Below, piece after piece: positions 50,844 to 64,000 of a stretch of DNA of 64,000 nucleotides (positions are counted from its first letter, which is position 1; each line of letters starts with the position of its first letter). Source of the DNA: Octopus sinensis (taxonomy: Eukaryota); assembly GCF_006345805.1 (NCBI RefSeq), contig NC_043004.1, positions 32,550,001 to 32,614,000 on the forward strand. Reading direction: 5' to 3'. The notes beneath the pieces were generated by a model. It was not told where the DNA came from, searched no databases, and was given only the letters and a program-made list of their open reading frames with translations. The position numbers and the translations under genes were made by a program.

Positions 50844-52254
50844 TTGTTGAACCGATAATTTTATTGGGGATGATGTAGATAAGATACTGCAGAAGTAATG
50901 TGAAGTCTTGTGTTTAACGAATTCAGGCAAAAGAGACTTGTACCCTACGACTTTTTCCGTATATTTTATCGATATATTCAAGTGTAACATAACAGTGATT
51001 ATTGATTACATTCTTTATATACAAAAATTGAAGGAATTTGGGTTTCAAATTGTCGCTGTGAGTTTGAATATAGATTCAAAAGTATATCGTTAGTGAAGTA
51101 GAATGAATGTAGTTTAGCTAATATGCTTTTTATTTGTGTTCTTACATTCGAGAAAAATAGCCTGAAAAATGTCGACTTATTTGTATCAAATCATTTCAGT
51201 ATACAAGAATAGTGCTTTAAATTTACCGTTGTTCCTTCAATGTTGATCAAATCTATTCTGGAGTTGGTTATTTTTGTCATTAATTTAACAAGTTAACATA
51301 GTTATCGATTCCAGTCGATTTATATTACGAACAAGAAGCTTTGTTACTTTCAACTGTCTTACAACACTAAATAAGTTAAATGGATTGTCTCTCTTCCCCG
51401 ATGGGGGTAGCTCGGACAACCGGATGATCAAGTGAGCATTATCTTTCTTATATCACGGTTAAATTACTTAACCCCTTGGCATTTAAACCAGCCATATCTG
51501 ACCCAAATATTCAACATGTTTTATGTTCAAACCAACCAGATCCAGCCTCTCACACATACCCTACAATGTCATTCTAAAAACGATCATGTGATCGAAATTT
51601 CGAAGCTACGAGTTAATGCATGATTCATTCAAGGCAATGTGAATAAATAAACATTGCATTTGACAGAATAATCTGAATGCTAAAAGGTTAAATCTCACCG
51701 ACTGAGTCTACACGGCTCTTAATCGATGCCGCATTAGGAAATAATTCGCTGTTGTAAGCCGTGGCAGCACTGATGTTATCAAGCATTTACAAAGTTCGCA
51801 TTATTGAATTCGGTGGATAAAAGTTCCTTGGAATAAACTAGTTATTTATCACGGAAGAAACTAACCACTCATAAACTCAACGCTACGCAAACTGGGGTTA
51901 GCATCTGCTCCGTAGATTTTTCTGACAAGCTTCAAAAGATAGAATCATCAAATGTTACAACCGTTGAAGTTTGGTTTCCAGGCGACGAGCAGGCAGAATC
52001 GTTAGCGCATCAAACAAAATGCTTAGCGGCATTTCGCCCGTTCTTACGCTCTGCGGTTACCTTTGCCTTTCATCCTTTCAAGGTTGATAAAATAAGTACC
52101 AGTTGTGTACTGGGGTTGATGTAATCGACTTACCACTCCGCCGAAGTTGCTGGCCTCGTGCTAAAATTTGAAACCATTAAGTTGCCAGTACATTGGCAAT
52201 TGATAGACAGCATCAAATCTAGATCTGCAGACGTTTTTGCTTTGTATTATGTAG

Positions 52255-52323
52255 ACCCATTTGCTAAAGGGATCAGTATTGAACCAAAGCAAAATGGCCG
52301 TTGTACATTTGGTTGATGACAAG
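52255..52323 (+). CDS. Weak exon candidate (DPFAKGISIEPKQNGRCTFG* or THLLKGSVLNQSKMAVVHLVDDK)
   Basis: Good acceptor gtttttgctttgtattatgtag; frame and donor ambiguous. Confidence 0.2.
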
Positions 52324-53689
52324 GTTACAGATAATATCCCTACAACTAATGTCCTTTCTATTATAGTCACAAGGGCTGAAATTTGGGGGAGGGTGATAGT
52401 TGATTGCACCAACCCCAGGACTCAACTGGTACTTAGTTTTTCAACACCGAAAGGATGAAAGGCAAAGTCGACCTCGGCGGAATTTGAAATCAGAACGTAG
52501 CGACGGGCGAAATACCACTAAGCATTTCGCCCAGCGCGCTAACAATTCTGCCAGCTCGCCGCCTTATATCCCTACAATTAATATGCTAAAGCTACATGCG
52601 TGAAGCTATCATGTGGTTAGTTGAAAGAAGAGGCGACTAGAGAGAAAGAGAGGTGTAAGCGGTAAGAGCTTGGAGAAAGGAATTGCTGTTATGTGGTTAG
52701 ATAATTAGTTGAAAAGGAAGAGAAAGAAAAAGGATGAAAGGCAAAATTGGACACGGGCGGAATTTGAAATCAGAACGTAACGACATAGAAGAAATACTGT
52801 AGGACATTTTATTCCGATACCCTACCGATTCTACCAGCTGACCACCTTTTGAGATGGTGTCTGATTTAGGTACAAGACCAGCGATTTTGGTGGGAGGGTG
52901 TAAATCAATACCATCGACCTCCAGTACATAACTGGTATTTTATTTTATTGACCTCGGAAGGATGAAATGCAAAGTTGACCTCGACGAGGTTTGAACTTAG
53001 AATGAAAAGTGCCCGAACAAATACCTCCCTGGGTATTTTATATAACGTCCCTCTGTTCTACCGCGTACTGTTGGATCCTGTCTTAATGTTTCATTTCGTG
53101 ACCATGTATATTTGTTCCCTTTCTCGCGTTTGTCCTTGTTTTTCCATCACCTCAGAGATATTCTCTGTATCATTGGCACAAGCAGACGAGCAGCACCGTG
53201 GAATTTAAGGGATTCGAATATTAAAGTGACGAAACTGCGCTTTTAGCCTGGGTTTTCATGGCTGACGAGAGGATTTCCATGTTTCTTTGTTTTTCGTTCT
53301 TTTTCCATCAATCGTTTCCATGTTCCATTTTGAATTTTCTTTACAAATTATATACCAGTGTTGTATATTTAAATCAAAAGAAATCTTAAATATATAATCA
53401 TAACTTATCTTTTTTTTCCGCAAGGCACGGTCACTACTATAGCGTGTTAGAGCGGGTCATGTTTGAGCCATAACCGAGAAGCTGATTGATGAAGCCCGTT
53501 CAGAAAAATTGTAGCTAGAATGTATCTTAACTGGTTAGCTGAGGTTAATTAGGGTCAGTTTTACTTAAAAGTAAAATGTCAGAGATAAATTACGTCCAGA
53601 AAAAATGATTTTAGAATTGTCTTCATTGGTTACAATAATAATGAATATATCTCCGAAATAAGAACGGTACGACAGGCAACAGATCATCA

Positions 53690-54722
53690 TCATCATCATC
53701 GTTATTTTGGTTTGGCTCAGGTTCGGTCTTATTCCTGGTAGGAATTATGTGGGTAGTAACCTTAGGTATCCACAACTTGTAACCTTAGGTATCTACACGA
53801 TTTTTCGGTAGTCATTCAAGTGCTTAGAACCCTCCTGATAATCCTTGCAATCTCTAACAAACAAGCTTTCTCTAGGAGCTCTACCAGGTATTCTATTCCA
53901 ATCTCCTTCAGCCACTTTTCTATATCTTGGATTACTGTCTCCAATACATCAATTATTATAAGCACGACATTTACTGTTCGCTTGCTCCAAATTCTTCTTA
54001 TTTCAAATTTTAAGGGATTGTATTTTTTTGTTTTTCGTCCTCTTTCTTTACAATCCTGGAATCAAACAGACACGATGGGTCGATAAGTAAGTAACTTTGC
54101 TTTTCCTTATCTATAATTGTTATGTCTAGTTTATCATTTTCCAACTTCTTGTCCGTTTGAATAAGAAAGTCCCCTCAGAATCTTACATTTCTTTGACTCC
54201 AGTACTCTTTCGATTCGATGATTGTACCATGTGTTTCCAGCTTCAAATCTCCGTTTCTGGCACAGTTTCCCCGTGTAAAACTTTCACAACCTGGTTGTGC
54301 CTAGATTTCTTATGTTCTTCCACAGTGTGTGCCACTGTCTCGTTCCAAGTTCCACAGGTTCTACATTTTTCTGACACTTTCTCTCCCTATATATATTTTC
54401 TCAAGTTGTTTGTTTCTATCGCTTGATCTTAGGCTGCTACAATTAGACTCTCTGTTTCTTTTTTTAATTGTTCCTTTTTTTAACCAAGCCTAGGATTTTG
54501 TTCTATAAACGTCTTCTTCAGTGGCTCTCCAAAATAGGCCATGCAAAGGTTTCTCTTCGATCTTTCTGCTCTCTTTGTATTTCATTCTTGTCCTTTTCTC
54601 CAATTACACACTTCATCACCTGTTCTTTATTCACTGTCTTTAGTAGTTCTTTTGTGCTGTTCTGTAAATACGCTACTAGACTTTTTCTTCTACTGCTATT
54701 AAGCCTCTTCCACCCTGGCCTC
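53690..54722 (-). mobile_element. Degenerate R4/Dong/NeSL-type (REL endonuclease) LINE 3' fragment
   Basis: ETESLIVAA*DQAIETNN..EKCRTCGTWNETVAH..SRHNQVVKVLH (zinc knuckle/RH motif) and IEKWLKEIGIEYLVELLEKACLLEIARIIRRVLST*. Confidence 0.75.
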
Positions 54723-54724
54723 AC

Positions 54725-54815
<91 letters not shown>
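54725..54815. repeat. (ATT)~30
   Basis: Direct reading. Confidence 0.95.
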
Positions 54816-54817
<2 letters not shown>

Positions 54818-55029
54818 GACGGTGAGCTGGTAGAAACGTTAGCACGCCGGGTGAAATGCTTAGTGGTATTTCGTCTGCGGTTACGTTCTGAGTTCAAATT
54901 CCGCCGAGGTCGACTTTGCCTTTCATTCTTTCGGGGTCAATAAATTAAGTACCAGTGAAACACTGGGATCGATGTAGTCGACTAGTCCCCTCCCCACAAA
55001 TTACAGGACTTGTGCCAATAATAGAAAAG

Positions 55030-55085
<56 letters not shown>

Positions 55086-55162
55086 CATCATCATCATCCT
55101 CTTCTTTCAATTTTGTTTCCATTTCTTGCCGAGTGTCTTCCCGACACGTAGGGCAAAGAAAC

Positions 55163-55375
55163 TTACTGTGTGCATTGGTAGGCCATTAAAATAAACACAC
55201 CAGATTGTTCATTTACGAAGTCATGTGATAAAGGGGGAAGAAAGACAGACACTTCATTTCTCAGGCTCTCGATTTTACTTGGTCTGACTAATTCCGTAAG
55301 AGCGGGCAACAACCTGTTATCAAGTGTCTCACAGAGTTTCTTACCATGATACTTAACACCCAAGTACCTATCTCA
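55163..55375 (-). pseudogene. Possible non-LTR RT thumb-region remnant
   Basis: RYLGVKYHG..LTELVRPSKIESLRNEVSVFLPPLSHDF resembles YKYLG..KP..KI..LRN..LP.L.H of R2-like elements. Confidence 0.3.
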
Positions 55376-55499
55376 ATATCCACGCTATATCCAATAAAAT
55401 AGTTTTCTGAGCATGTTCTACCCTTATGTCAATCTCAATTTCTCCGATAAATTCCCTAAACCTGGCTGTTAATGCTCCCAGTGGCCCCTACAACTATTG

Positions 55500-55980
55500 G
55501 GATCATAGATTATTGGGGATCTGACTCAAGTTCGTTCTTTTTCCTGGCAAGATTTACGTGGGTGGCGGGTTACTAGTTGTAACCTTACGCATACAGAAGC
55601 TGTCAATAGTCTTTCAAATGCTTAAGACCCGCCTGGTAATTTTTCCTGTCTCTAAGAGGTTAACTTTCTGGAGAAACTCTACAAGACATTCTATTCCGAT
55701 CTCCTTCAACCGTTTCTCTATATCTCTGCTTACATTTCAAATTCTGCAGAGGTCGACTTTGCCTTTCATCCTTTCTAGGTCGATAAAATTAAGTACCAGT
55801 TGCGTACTGGGGTCGATCTAATCGACTGCCCTCCCCCCCTCCACAAAAATTTCGGGCCTTGTTCCTAGAGTAGAAAAGTATATTTCTGCTTACAGTTCCC
55901 CGATGCACCAATTATTACAGGCACGTCCTTTACAGTTCTTTCTAAATGCAGCAATTATCGTAGGCACAACCTTTACAGTT
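55500..55980 (-). mobile_element. Second R4/Dong-type 3' fragment interrupted by a SINE A fragment
   Basis: RDIEKRLKEIGIECLVEFLQKVNLLETGKITRRVLSI*; SINE at ~55737-55880 flanked by tctgcttaca. Confidence 0.65.
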
Positions 55981-55993
55981 CCTCCTCCTCCCC

Positions 55994-56106
55994 CTTCTTC
56001 TTCTTCTTCTTCTTCTTCTTCTTCTTCTTCTTCTTCTTCTTCTTCTTCTTCTTCTTCTTCTTCTTCTTCTTCTTCTTCTTCTTCTTCTTCTTCTTCTTCT
56101 TCTTCT
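55994..56106. repeat. Perfect (CTT)~37 run
   Basis: Direct reading. Confidence 0.95.
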
Positions 56107-56899
56107 AACGATTGACGTAACTTTTGTCGAAGGTCAATAAGCAATAAAAAGAGCGCGATGCGACAGTTTTCATTTTACATTTTGAAACCCGAAGAAGGCA
56201 GACGATCTGTTGAAATATCGTTAAAAACCGCTAAATAAACAATCTATTACAAATCGCATTGCGCTCGAGCTGGCGGCAGAATCGTTAGCACGCCGGGCAA
56301 AATGGCTCAACAGCATTTTGTCCGTCTTGAAGTTCTGAGTTCAAATTCTGCCGAGGTCGACTTAGCCTTTCATCCTTTCGAGGTCGATCAAATAAGTACC
56401 AGTTGAGCTCTGGGAGTCGATGTAATCGATTCCCACCTTCCCCCGATCATGCTGACCTTGTGCCAAAATTTGAAACTATTATTATTATTATTATTATTAT
56501 TATTATCATTATTATTATTATTATTACTTCTAGAGTGTTTTCCTTTAGATGTTACTGCAGATATAGTTTTCCGTATTCCATAAAACTGTAAAACCAGTTC
56601 TACGGAATGGTATTTTTATTGCAGCAGCACTTAAAGTAGGAATACCACAGTTAAATATAATTCTTGATGTAATTCGTTAGGTGAACTTTGGAATCGAATT
56701 CCTTATATAATCTGTTACATTCACTGGAGCCACATTAAAGACATAAATAATTTTCTCATCTATATTAGCCAAGTAGATTCTCTGAGTAAATAAAAGTCTC
56801 GTTATTCTTGCAGAAATATTCCAAACGATTTGTCTATCCACTTATAAAATCGCCGACACGAACTTCCATCTGGATTTGAATATATCATCGATTACTTCC

Positions 56900-56928
56900 T
56901 CCTCTCTCTCTCTCTTTGCCTTCTCTCT

Positions 56929-56970
<42 letters not shown>

Positions 56971-57210
56971 TTTACCCTCTATCTCTGTTTCTTTTTCTTT
57001 CTTCCAATTTCTCTTTCCCCCTTTGTTTCTCTCTCTCTGCATCTCTCCCTTCCTCTCTCCACTTCTCTCATTCCCTTTCTCTTCTTCACTTCCTCTCTAA
57101 CCTCCTCTTTCTCCTTTCCTCCCTCTCGCATTGTCTCTCTTTCTCTCCTTTCACTTCCCTCTCTCCCATTCTCTCTCTCTCTCTCTTTCATTTTCCCTTC
57201 CTACCTCATT
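56900..57210. repeat. Pyrimidine-rich CT tract
   Basis: Direct reading. Confidence 0.9.
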
Positions 57211-57609
57211 GATTTCTTTTCACAATGCATGAACATTCACATTTATAAACTAAAAGAAGCACGAAGACATTCATGCCTTTCCTTTTTCAATTATATTATC
57301 AATAAAAATGATGTGAAGGGATTTCAATTTAGAATCGAAACCGGAATACAAAATCAACCCACCTATCATATAGTCAGTGTTTGTAGTATTGGCGGGGCCG
57401 CAGGAACGGTTGCTCTGGGCACAAAATAACTAAGGACGCAAAATTCCAAAAGAAAAAATACAAGAGATAAACTAGAAAAAAAAACAACATGAAAAATAAC
57501 AGCATGAAGTGAAGTGCATTGCTCAAGAACACAATGTGAAACCCGATTCTATGATGTTATGATTGCGAGCCGAACACTCCAACACTAAGCCATGCACCTT
57601 CACATACAA

Positions 57610-57905
57610 GATAATGGTAGTTTCTTGTAGTCCGAGAAAAACGGTTCTGCAGTTTCTTACTGAACAATCTGTACAATGGATTTGTTTATAACGATCAAGT
57701 GCTTGAGCTGGATAATTAACTCACTTCTTCCATCGAACCGAGCTTGTCTGAACAGGTGCACAAGACTGCCACACGTCAGGTGTCGAAGTGATTGCAGATC
57801 AGCGTGAGATGAAGTGTTTTGTTCAAGAACGCAACGCACCACCCTGTCCAAGAATTGAAACCACGACCTCGTGGGTGCAACACCCTAACCACTGGGCAAC
57901 GCAGG
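57610..57905 (-). mobile_element. SINE family F with ~179-bp tail; tail repeated at 58181-58360
   Basis: tRNA-like head at 57790-57905; the tail copy differs at only a few positions. Confidence 0.65.
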
Positions 57906-59092
57906 ATACTACAGTGGCCACTCCACTATTAACAATTAACAAGATAGTATAGTTAGCTGCAAATAGTGTGGCAACACACGGTACAATGAAAATGCTAAAA
58001 GACCATCCTACCATCTCGGGGACGTTTATCTTTCATCTGTTAAACATTTTGGAGGCCCGAGTTAAACGGAGGTTCTATGGAGAAACTCTCGCATTAAAAT
58101 GATTATCGTTTTTATATTTTCTCTATGAGAAGCATATTAAGTCTTTGATGTGGTTGTGACAGAATTGGTGGAAAACCGATCGATAATCGTAGTTTCTTGT
58201 AGTCCGAGAAAAACGGTTCTGCAATTTCTTACTGAACAATCTGTACAATGGATTTGTTTATAGCGATCAAGTGCTTGAGCTGGATAATTAACTCACTTCT
58301 TCCATCGAACCGAGGTTGTCTGAACAGGTGCACAAGACTGCCACACGTCAGGTGTCGAAGCACTTAAACTCAACATTTTACGGTGAAAAGAAATTGCAAG
58401 TTACCGAAAATATAGAGAGATCCCTTCCGTTTCATCGGTAAGCTTATTCTTTATTGTATTAAATAGTTTTTTAAAATCATTTTTCAATATCCAATGGTTT
58501 AAGGGCGGTTGATTGACAGAAATGTAAGAACGGCGCACAAAAGGCCTTCTATTTTATTCCGGCTGTTTACGTTATGAGTTCAAATCCAGCCGAATTCAAC
58601 TCTACTTTGGTTTGAAAATAAAGTATTGGGGTCGATATAATAGACATTTCCTTCCTTCCTCCAAATTTCAGATCTTGTGTCGATGTACGGAATCCATATC
58701 TAATGGTTTAACCAGGAAGAAGTGGGGTCTGCAGCTAGGCTTTTGCGGCAAGAGATATTGATGGAGTTATAATTTCATAATTGCAAATCGACAACTCTAG
58801 GAAGCCATGGAGGAGAGTTAATACCAGAGAGAGTTGACGATCTAATGAGGAAGAGAATTCATAGCGATTAGCATTGGTCTGGCAGAGAAGTGAGATATAC
58901 TATGGAGGACGGGAGGAGAGACGAGTGTGCCGGGGTTGGTGGTATTCAATTAGTTAGCTCTAAGGAGCACAAACAATTGAAATAACGTTAGACCAGACAG
59001 AATGGGTCAATCTGAGTTTGTAGCCTACAGGGTCAACTATATTGCTGATATTCACAACCAATGTCCTTATATATATATATATATATGCGCAC

Positions 59093-59141
<49 letters not shown>

Positions 59142-60831
59142 TGTGTATGTATGTGAATGTGTACGCGTGTGTGCATGTGTGTATGTGCTTGTGGGTGTGT
59201 ACGTGTGTGCATACTGTGTGGCTAAGAAGCTCGCTTTGTAAGTGCATGGTTTTGGGTTGAGAGCTTCAAGGACAGAACGAACTGCCGGGTATCGAACTTG
59301 TGACCTTACGATCGTCAGTCTTCAACTTTAGCCGCGGACTCAACAATGTCTTGTGAGTTAATTTGGACGGCGGAAACAGTGAGGAAACCCGTCGTGTGTG
59401 TATATTAACTTATTGGTCCTCCGTCGGTTGCGACGACGTGGGTTCCAGTTGATTCGATCAATGGAACAACCTGCTCGTGAAATTTACGTGCAAGTGGCTG
59501 AGTACTTCACAGACATGCGTGCCCTTAATGTAGTTCTCAGGAATATTCAGTGTGACACAGAATGCGACAATGCTGGCTCATTGAATTACAGGTACAACAT
59601 ATTTTTGCCATCCGAATGGACTGAAGCAAAGTGAAATAAAGTGTCTTGCTCAAGGACAAAACGAACTACCGGATATTGAACCTATGACCTTACGATCGTC
59701 AACCGAATATCTCCTACCACTTGGCCACACACCTTCACCGCGCGTATGCATTTGTATATTCAAGATAGTTTTAAACGGAGTTTCTGTCCATCATATTCCT
59801 CTCCCCGACGATGTGGTCTACGCCAGGCTATATTAGAAGACATTTACCCTAACTCAGAACTGTGAACCCAAACTCGGATCCACCCGGCGTCTTCACCTGA
59901 CAATCACGTCGCTGCCTTGTAAGGGATATGAGACTGACCAAAACGATCTCTCGTCTAATACGGGTACGTTTATCGAAACCATAGCGATTTGAACCCCAAA
60001 TCTCTCTTAAGATAGATGAAATGAAATACTTTAATGGTATTTAATATAGCCTTATGGTCCATAACCCATTTTCCTTCAGTTTCCCCCAACTTATTATTAC
60101 AGCTTAGCATGGAAAGAAGCAGTTTGTCTTGTGTGTCTGTTGGTTTTAAATACGATTTACTCCAATATGCAGGCGGACAGCTATAAATCTCGTTACAGTC
60201 AGCAATCTTAACACAAACATACCGTTCTTACAATAATGGAAGGAAAGTGCATCAGGTAAGCAAGTCCTTGCCACCGCCGCCACCACCACCACCACGTACT
60301 ACTACTACTACTACTACTACTATCTCGCTTTGATGTAGGACAGAGAGGCGGCATATGCAAATTACTCAGCTCATGTTGTTGGTGTTATTTTTAGCCCCAG
60401 GTCAAACCCAACTAAGCAGACTCAAAATCAAATGCCTTCCAGAAATGGCCAACTCGACGTTTCATATATCTCCCATCACATTTCCCCCACATATCTTTTT
60501 TCTTTTACTTTTTCTTTCGAAGACGGTTGGGTTTGATTTAAGGACGATTTGACTATTATATTTAGCAAGCTGAGTGACCACTCCACGTAAAGGCCTCTCT
60601 CCTAAGCTTTCGTGTTTTGTGAGTGATTCGGATGAGGTTGGTTGAGCACACACATCTATGATGAGGTTTCATGACAAAGGAGGTTTTATTACAGATCGTG
60701 TTTCAGGAATGGATTTAATTAATGGTTAACGTTTTAAAGTACTTTCACCCCACGTGACACATTCTCTGTCCACAACATCAGACAAACAGACATCATCGTT
60801 CATTTTCATATTATCATTATTCGTTCCCCTA

Positions 60832-61810
60832 AGGTGGAGAGCTGGCAGAATCGTCAGCACGCCGGGCGAAATGCTAAGCGGTATATCGTCTGCCGTTACG
60901 TTCTGAGTTCAAATTCCGCCGAGGTCGACTTTGCCTTTCATCCTTTCGGGGTCGATAAATTAAGTACCAGTTACGCACTGGGTCGATGTAATCGACTTAA
61001 TTTCCTATGTCTGTCCTTGTTTCTCCCCTCTATGTTTAGCCCCTTGTGGGTAATAAAGAAATAGGTATTTCGTCTGCCGTTACGTTCTGAGTTCAAATTC
61101 CGCCGAGGTCGACTTCGCCTTTCATCCTTTCGGGGTCTATTAAATAAGTACCATTTACGCATTGGGGTCGATAAAATCGACTTAATTCGTTTGTCTGTCT
61201 TTGTTTGTCCTCTCTGTGTTTAGCCCCTTGTGGGTAGTAAAGAAATAGGTATTTCGTCTACCGTTACGTTCTGAGTTGAATTTCACCGAGGTCGACTTTG
61301 CCTTTCATCCTTTCGGGGTCTATTAAATAAGTACCATTTACGCATTGGGGTCGATGTAATCGACTTAATTCGTTTGTCTGTCTTTGTTTGTCCTCTCTGT
61401 GTTTAGCCCCTTGTGGGTAGTAAAGAAATAGGTATTTCGTCTACCGTTACGTTCTGAGTTCAAATTCCGCCGAGGTCGACTTTGCCTTTCATCCTTTCGG
61501 GGTCGATAAATTAAGTACCAGTAACGCACTGGGGTCGATCTAATCGACTTAATCCCTTTGTGTGTCCTTGTTTGTTCCCTCTATGTTTAGCCCCTTGTGG
61601 GCAATAAAGAAATAAGAATAGTTAGCACGCCAGACGAAATACTCAGTGGAATTTCTCCCGGCTTTACGTTCTGAGTTCAAATGTCGTCGAGATTGACTTA
61701 ACCTGTCATCCTTTCGGGGTCGATAAAATAAGTACCAGTTACACACTGGGGTCGATATAATCGACCTACCCCATCCTCCCAAATTGCAGGCCTTGTACCT
61801 TTAGTGAAAA
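60832..61810 (+). mobile_element. SINE family A tetramer plus an extra monomer
   Basis: Junctions gaaataggtatttc at 61058, 61242 and 61425. Confidence 0.9.
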
Positions 61811-62174
61811 GGATTATTATTTTCGTTATCGAGGCAGTGAGCTGGCAGAATCGTTGGCATGCTGGGCAAAATGCTTTGCGGCATTTCGTCCGTCCTTACC
61901 CTCTGAGTTCAAATTTCACCGAAGTCGACTTTGCCGTTTATCCTTTCGGGGTCGATAAATTAAGAACCAGTGAGACACTGGGGTCGATGTAATCGACTAG
62001 TCCCCTTCCTCAAAATTTCAAGCGTTCTGCTTTTAAAAGAAAAGGATTATTATTATTGGTATAAAAGTTTTCTTGTCATTCCGTTAGTAAGTACGTGTGT
62101 TACGCTCCCTGCCAGCGCTCTTATTTGGATCAAGTTACCACATGTGTTAATGGCAAAGACCTATCTATCCAGAA

Positions 62175-62220
<46 letters not shown>

Positions 62221-62874
62221 GGGAGAAAGAGAGAGAGAGAGAGCTATTTAAGGAAAATTTTATTTTTTGTAAGTTCTTTCTTTGCTCATTAGTTTGGTCA
62301 GGTTTTTCCAGCAAGCTTTTATATTAGCAGCTTCGTTTGGATGGTCATAATGGATTATTATGAGATAGCACAGTTTCTAGCTTTGATGATGTATTTTTAC
62401 AAAATATTTTAGTGCAGTACTTAAATATTCCTATTTACTTTACGATTGTATAAAAGGTGTGCTTAAGTGACTGTATTTATTTGTTTATAAAGAAAATCAT
62501 ATACATATTAATATTAATTTATTGCATTTCATATTTAATAAATCAGGACAATTACAGCTTTTCCTTCGATCCTCTCCAGTCATAAACATTCGTTAATGAC
62601 ATGGATGATGTTTGAACAGAAATTATTCTAGCTGCAGTGAAACATCATCATGAATAACTTTCCGTCCCCCAAAACTATTACAAGAATTTATTTTTCCGTA
62701 ATTGTTGCATTTCACGTGCTGCTCTGCGTTGAAATTACGGTTTCAATACCATCTACTTCGTAGCAGGGAAAAAATTACATTTTAATTATGAAATATAATA
62801 AGAACGCTGTAAAGGTTACCGACTCCATGGATAATCCACGGGTCCAGATTGTTATTATTAATGGTCATTCTTCT

Positions 62875-63070
62875 GATCATCATTTAATGTCCATGTTCCA
62901 TACTGGCATGAGTTGGATGGTTTGACAAGGAGCCGATGTGTCCAAGGCCTGCATCGTGCTCCAGTGTCTGTTTTAGCATGGTTTCGACGCCTGGACGCCT
63001 CTTCTAACACCAACCACTAAACAGCAGGGACTAAATGGTTTTTGTCGTATGCCACCAGTCCTATTGACGT
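62875..63070 (-). mobile_element. Degenerate retroposon family D
   Basis: catttaatgtccatgttccatactggcatgagttggatgg..cttctaacaccaacc. Confidence 0.6.
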
Positions 63071-63769
63071 CACCATGCAGCTTACAAAACAACAAAACCC
63101 GAGTACGGAGAGGGTGTCTTTATGCTTGGAGATGAGGGGTCAAAGTGTGAGAGAAGAGGGTGGGGTAGAGCAGAATCTCGTTGTAGATGATCTTTAAGGT
63201 TACTCACATTTAAGAGTGCGAAGGTGAATGTTGAGTAGGAACAGCAGAAATAAACAAAGGCGTTGGGTGTCCATAGCAATTCTTCCCAATTTACTCTGAA
63301 CTAAATTGGTTTGTTTGACATCAATTCTGTCAAAGTTTCGTCCTTTCCTTTTCATTTTCTACAACCTCGGATCGACCTACACCTAGTGAATGAAACTGGG
63401 TAGATGGAGAATGTGCGGAAGATCGTCGGGTGGGTTGCGCCTGTAATTCAAAGGGTAGCCTTGTGTATTTTGTCAAGGGTACAATTGTCTGTGGAATACT
63501 TCGTCACTTGGACGTTAAGAAAAAAAGATCAGAATTTTTTCTTAAATTTCATACTGAAGTGAATGATGTCAACCGTGAAATATTTCTGTAAATGAGGAAT
63601 TACCAATATACGATAGACATTTATCCTTTGTATAAAACCCCGAGTCTCTATTAATAATCAAAAGGTTCGCTTAGGTACAAGGATCTGACCGACGAGTTCA
63701 TAGTCAATATGGCGGGAACGGCAGAGGCGATGGCATCAGATTGCTACAGTCATTATTTTTGACAGACTG

Positions 63770-63995
63770 AAGGCAGCGAGTTGACCGAATCGTTATCACG
63801 CCGGGCGAAATGCTTTGTGGTCTTTTGTTTGTGGTCTCTACGTTCTGAGTTCAAATTCCGCCGAGGTCGATTTTGCCTTTTATCCTTTCAGGGGTCGATA
63901 AAATAAGTACCTGTTGTACACTGGGGTCGATGTAATCGACTCATCTCCTCTCCCCAAATTGCTACCCTTGTGGCAAAATTTAAAGCCATTATTTT
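63770..63995 (+). mobile_element. SINE family A monomer, short-type tail
   Basis: aaggcagcgagttgaccgaatcgttatcacgccgggcgaaatg..gagttcaaattccgccgaggtcga. Confidence 0.85.
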
Positions 63996-64000
63996 TGACG

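Noticed and set aside
56185-56225. Hammerhead-like ccgaagaaggcaga..tctgttgaaatatcg
   Set aside because: The core is mutated (CCGAAGA), stem II relies on G-U pairs, and there is no stem I; at best a decayed relic.

Overview
64 kb of AT-rich, microsatellite-dense animal genomic DNA. It is almost certainly intronic or intergenic, and its SINE and simple-repeat repertoire looks like octopus or another coleoid cephalopod (inferred from recognition, not a database hit). No host gene could be named. One well-formed orphan coding exon (21550-21666, +) and a few weaker exon candidates are present. Nearly all other ORF-track entries are microsatellite translations or transposon remnants. Recognisable mobile DNA: several tRNA-headed SINE families (family letters A, B, C, D, F are working labels), a young 5'-truncated RTE LINE with an 11-bp TSD, degenerate R4/Dong-like REL LINEs, a Penelope GIY-YIG remnant, mariner, Tc1 and pogo remnants, MITEs, and non-autonomous Helitrons inside a ~1.6-kb duplication. 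Two things stand out. First, several families of foldback or short repeats carry minimal type I hammerhead-ribozyme-like motifs, some with canonical and some with consistently variant cores, as expected of Penelope-type pLTRs. Second, one SINE family forms 183-184-bp head-to-tail concatemers with the same palindromic junction at six separate loci. There is a 100-N assembly gap at 21020-21119. All analysis was done by eye, so boundaries of degenerate repeats are approximate.
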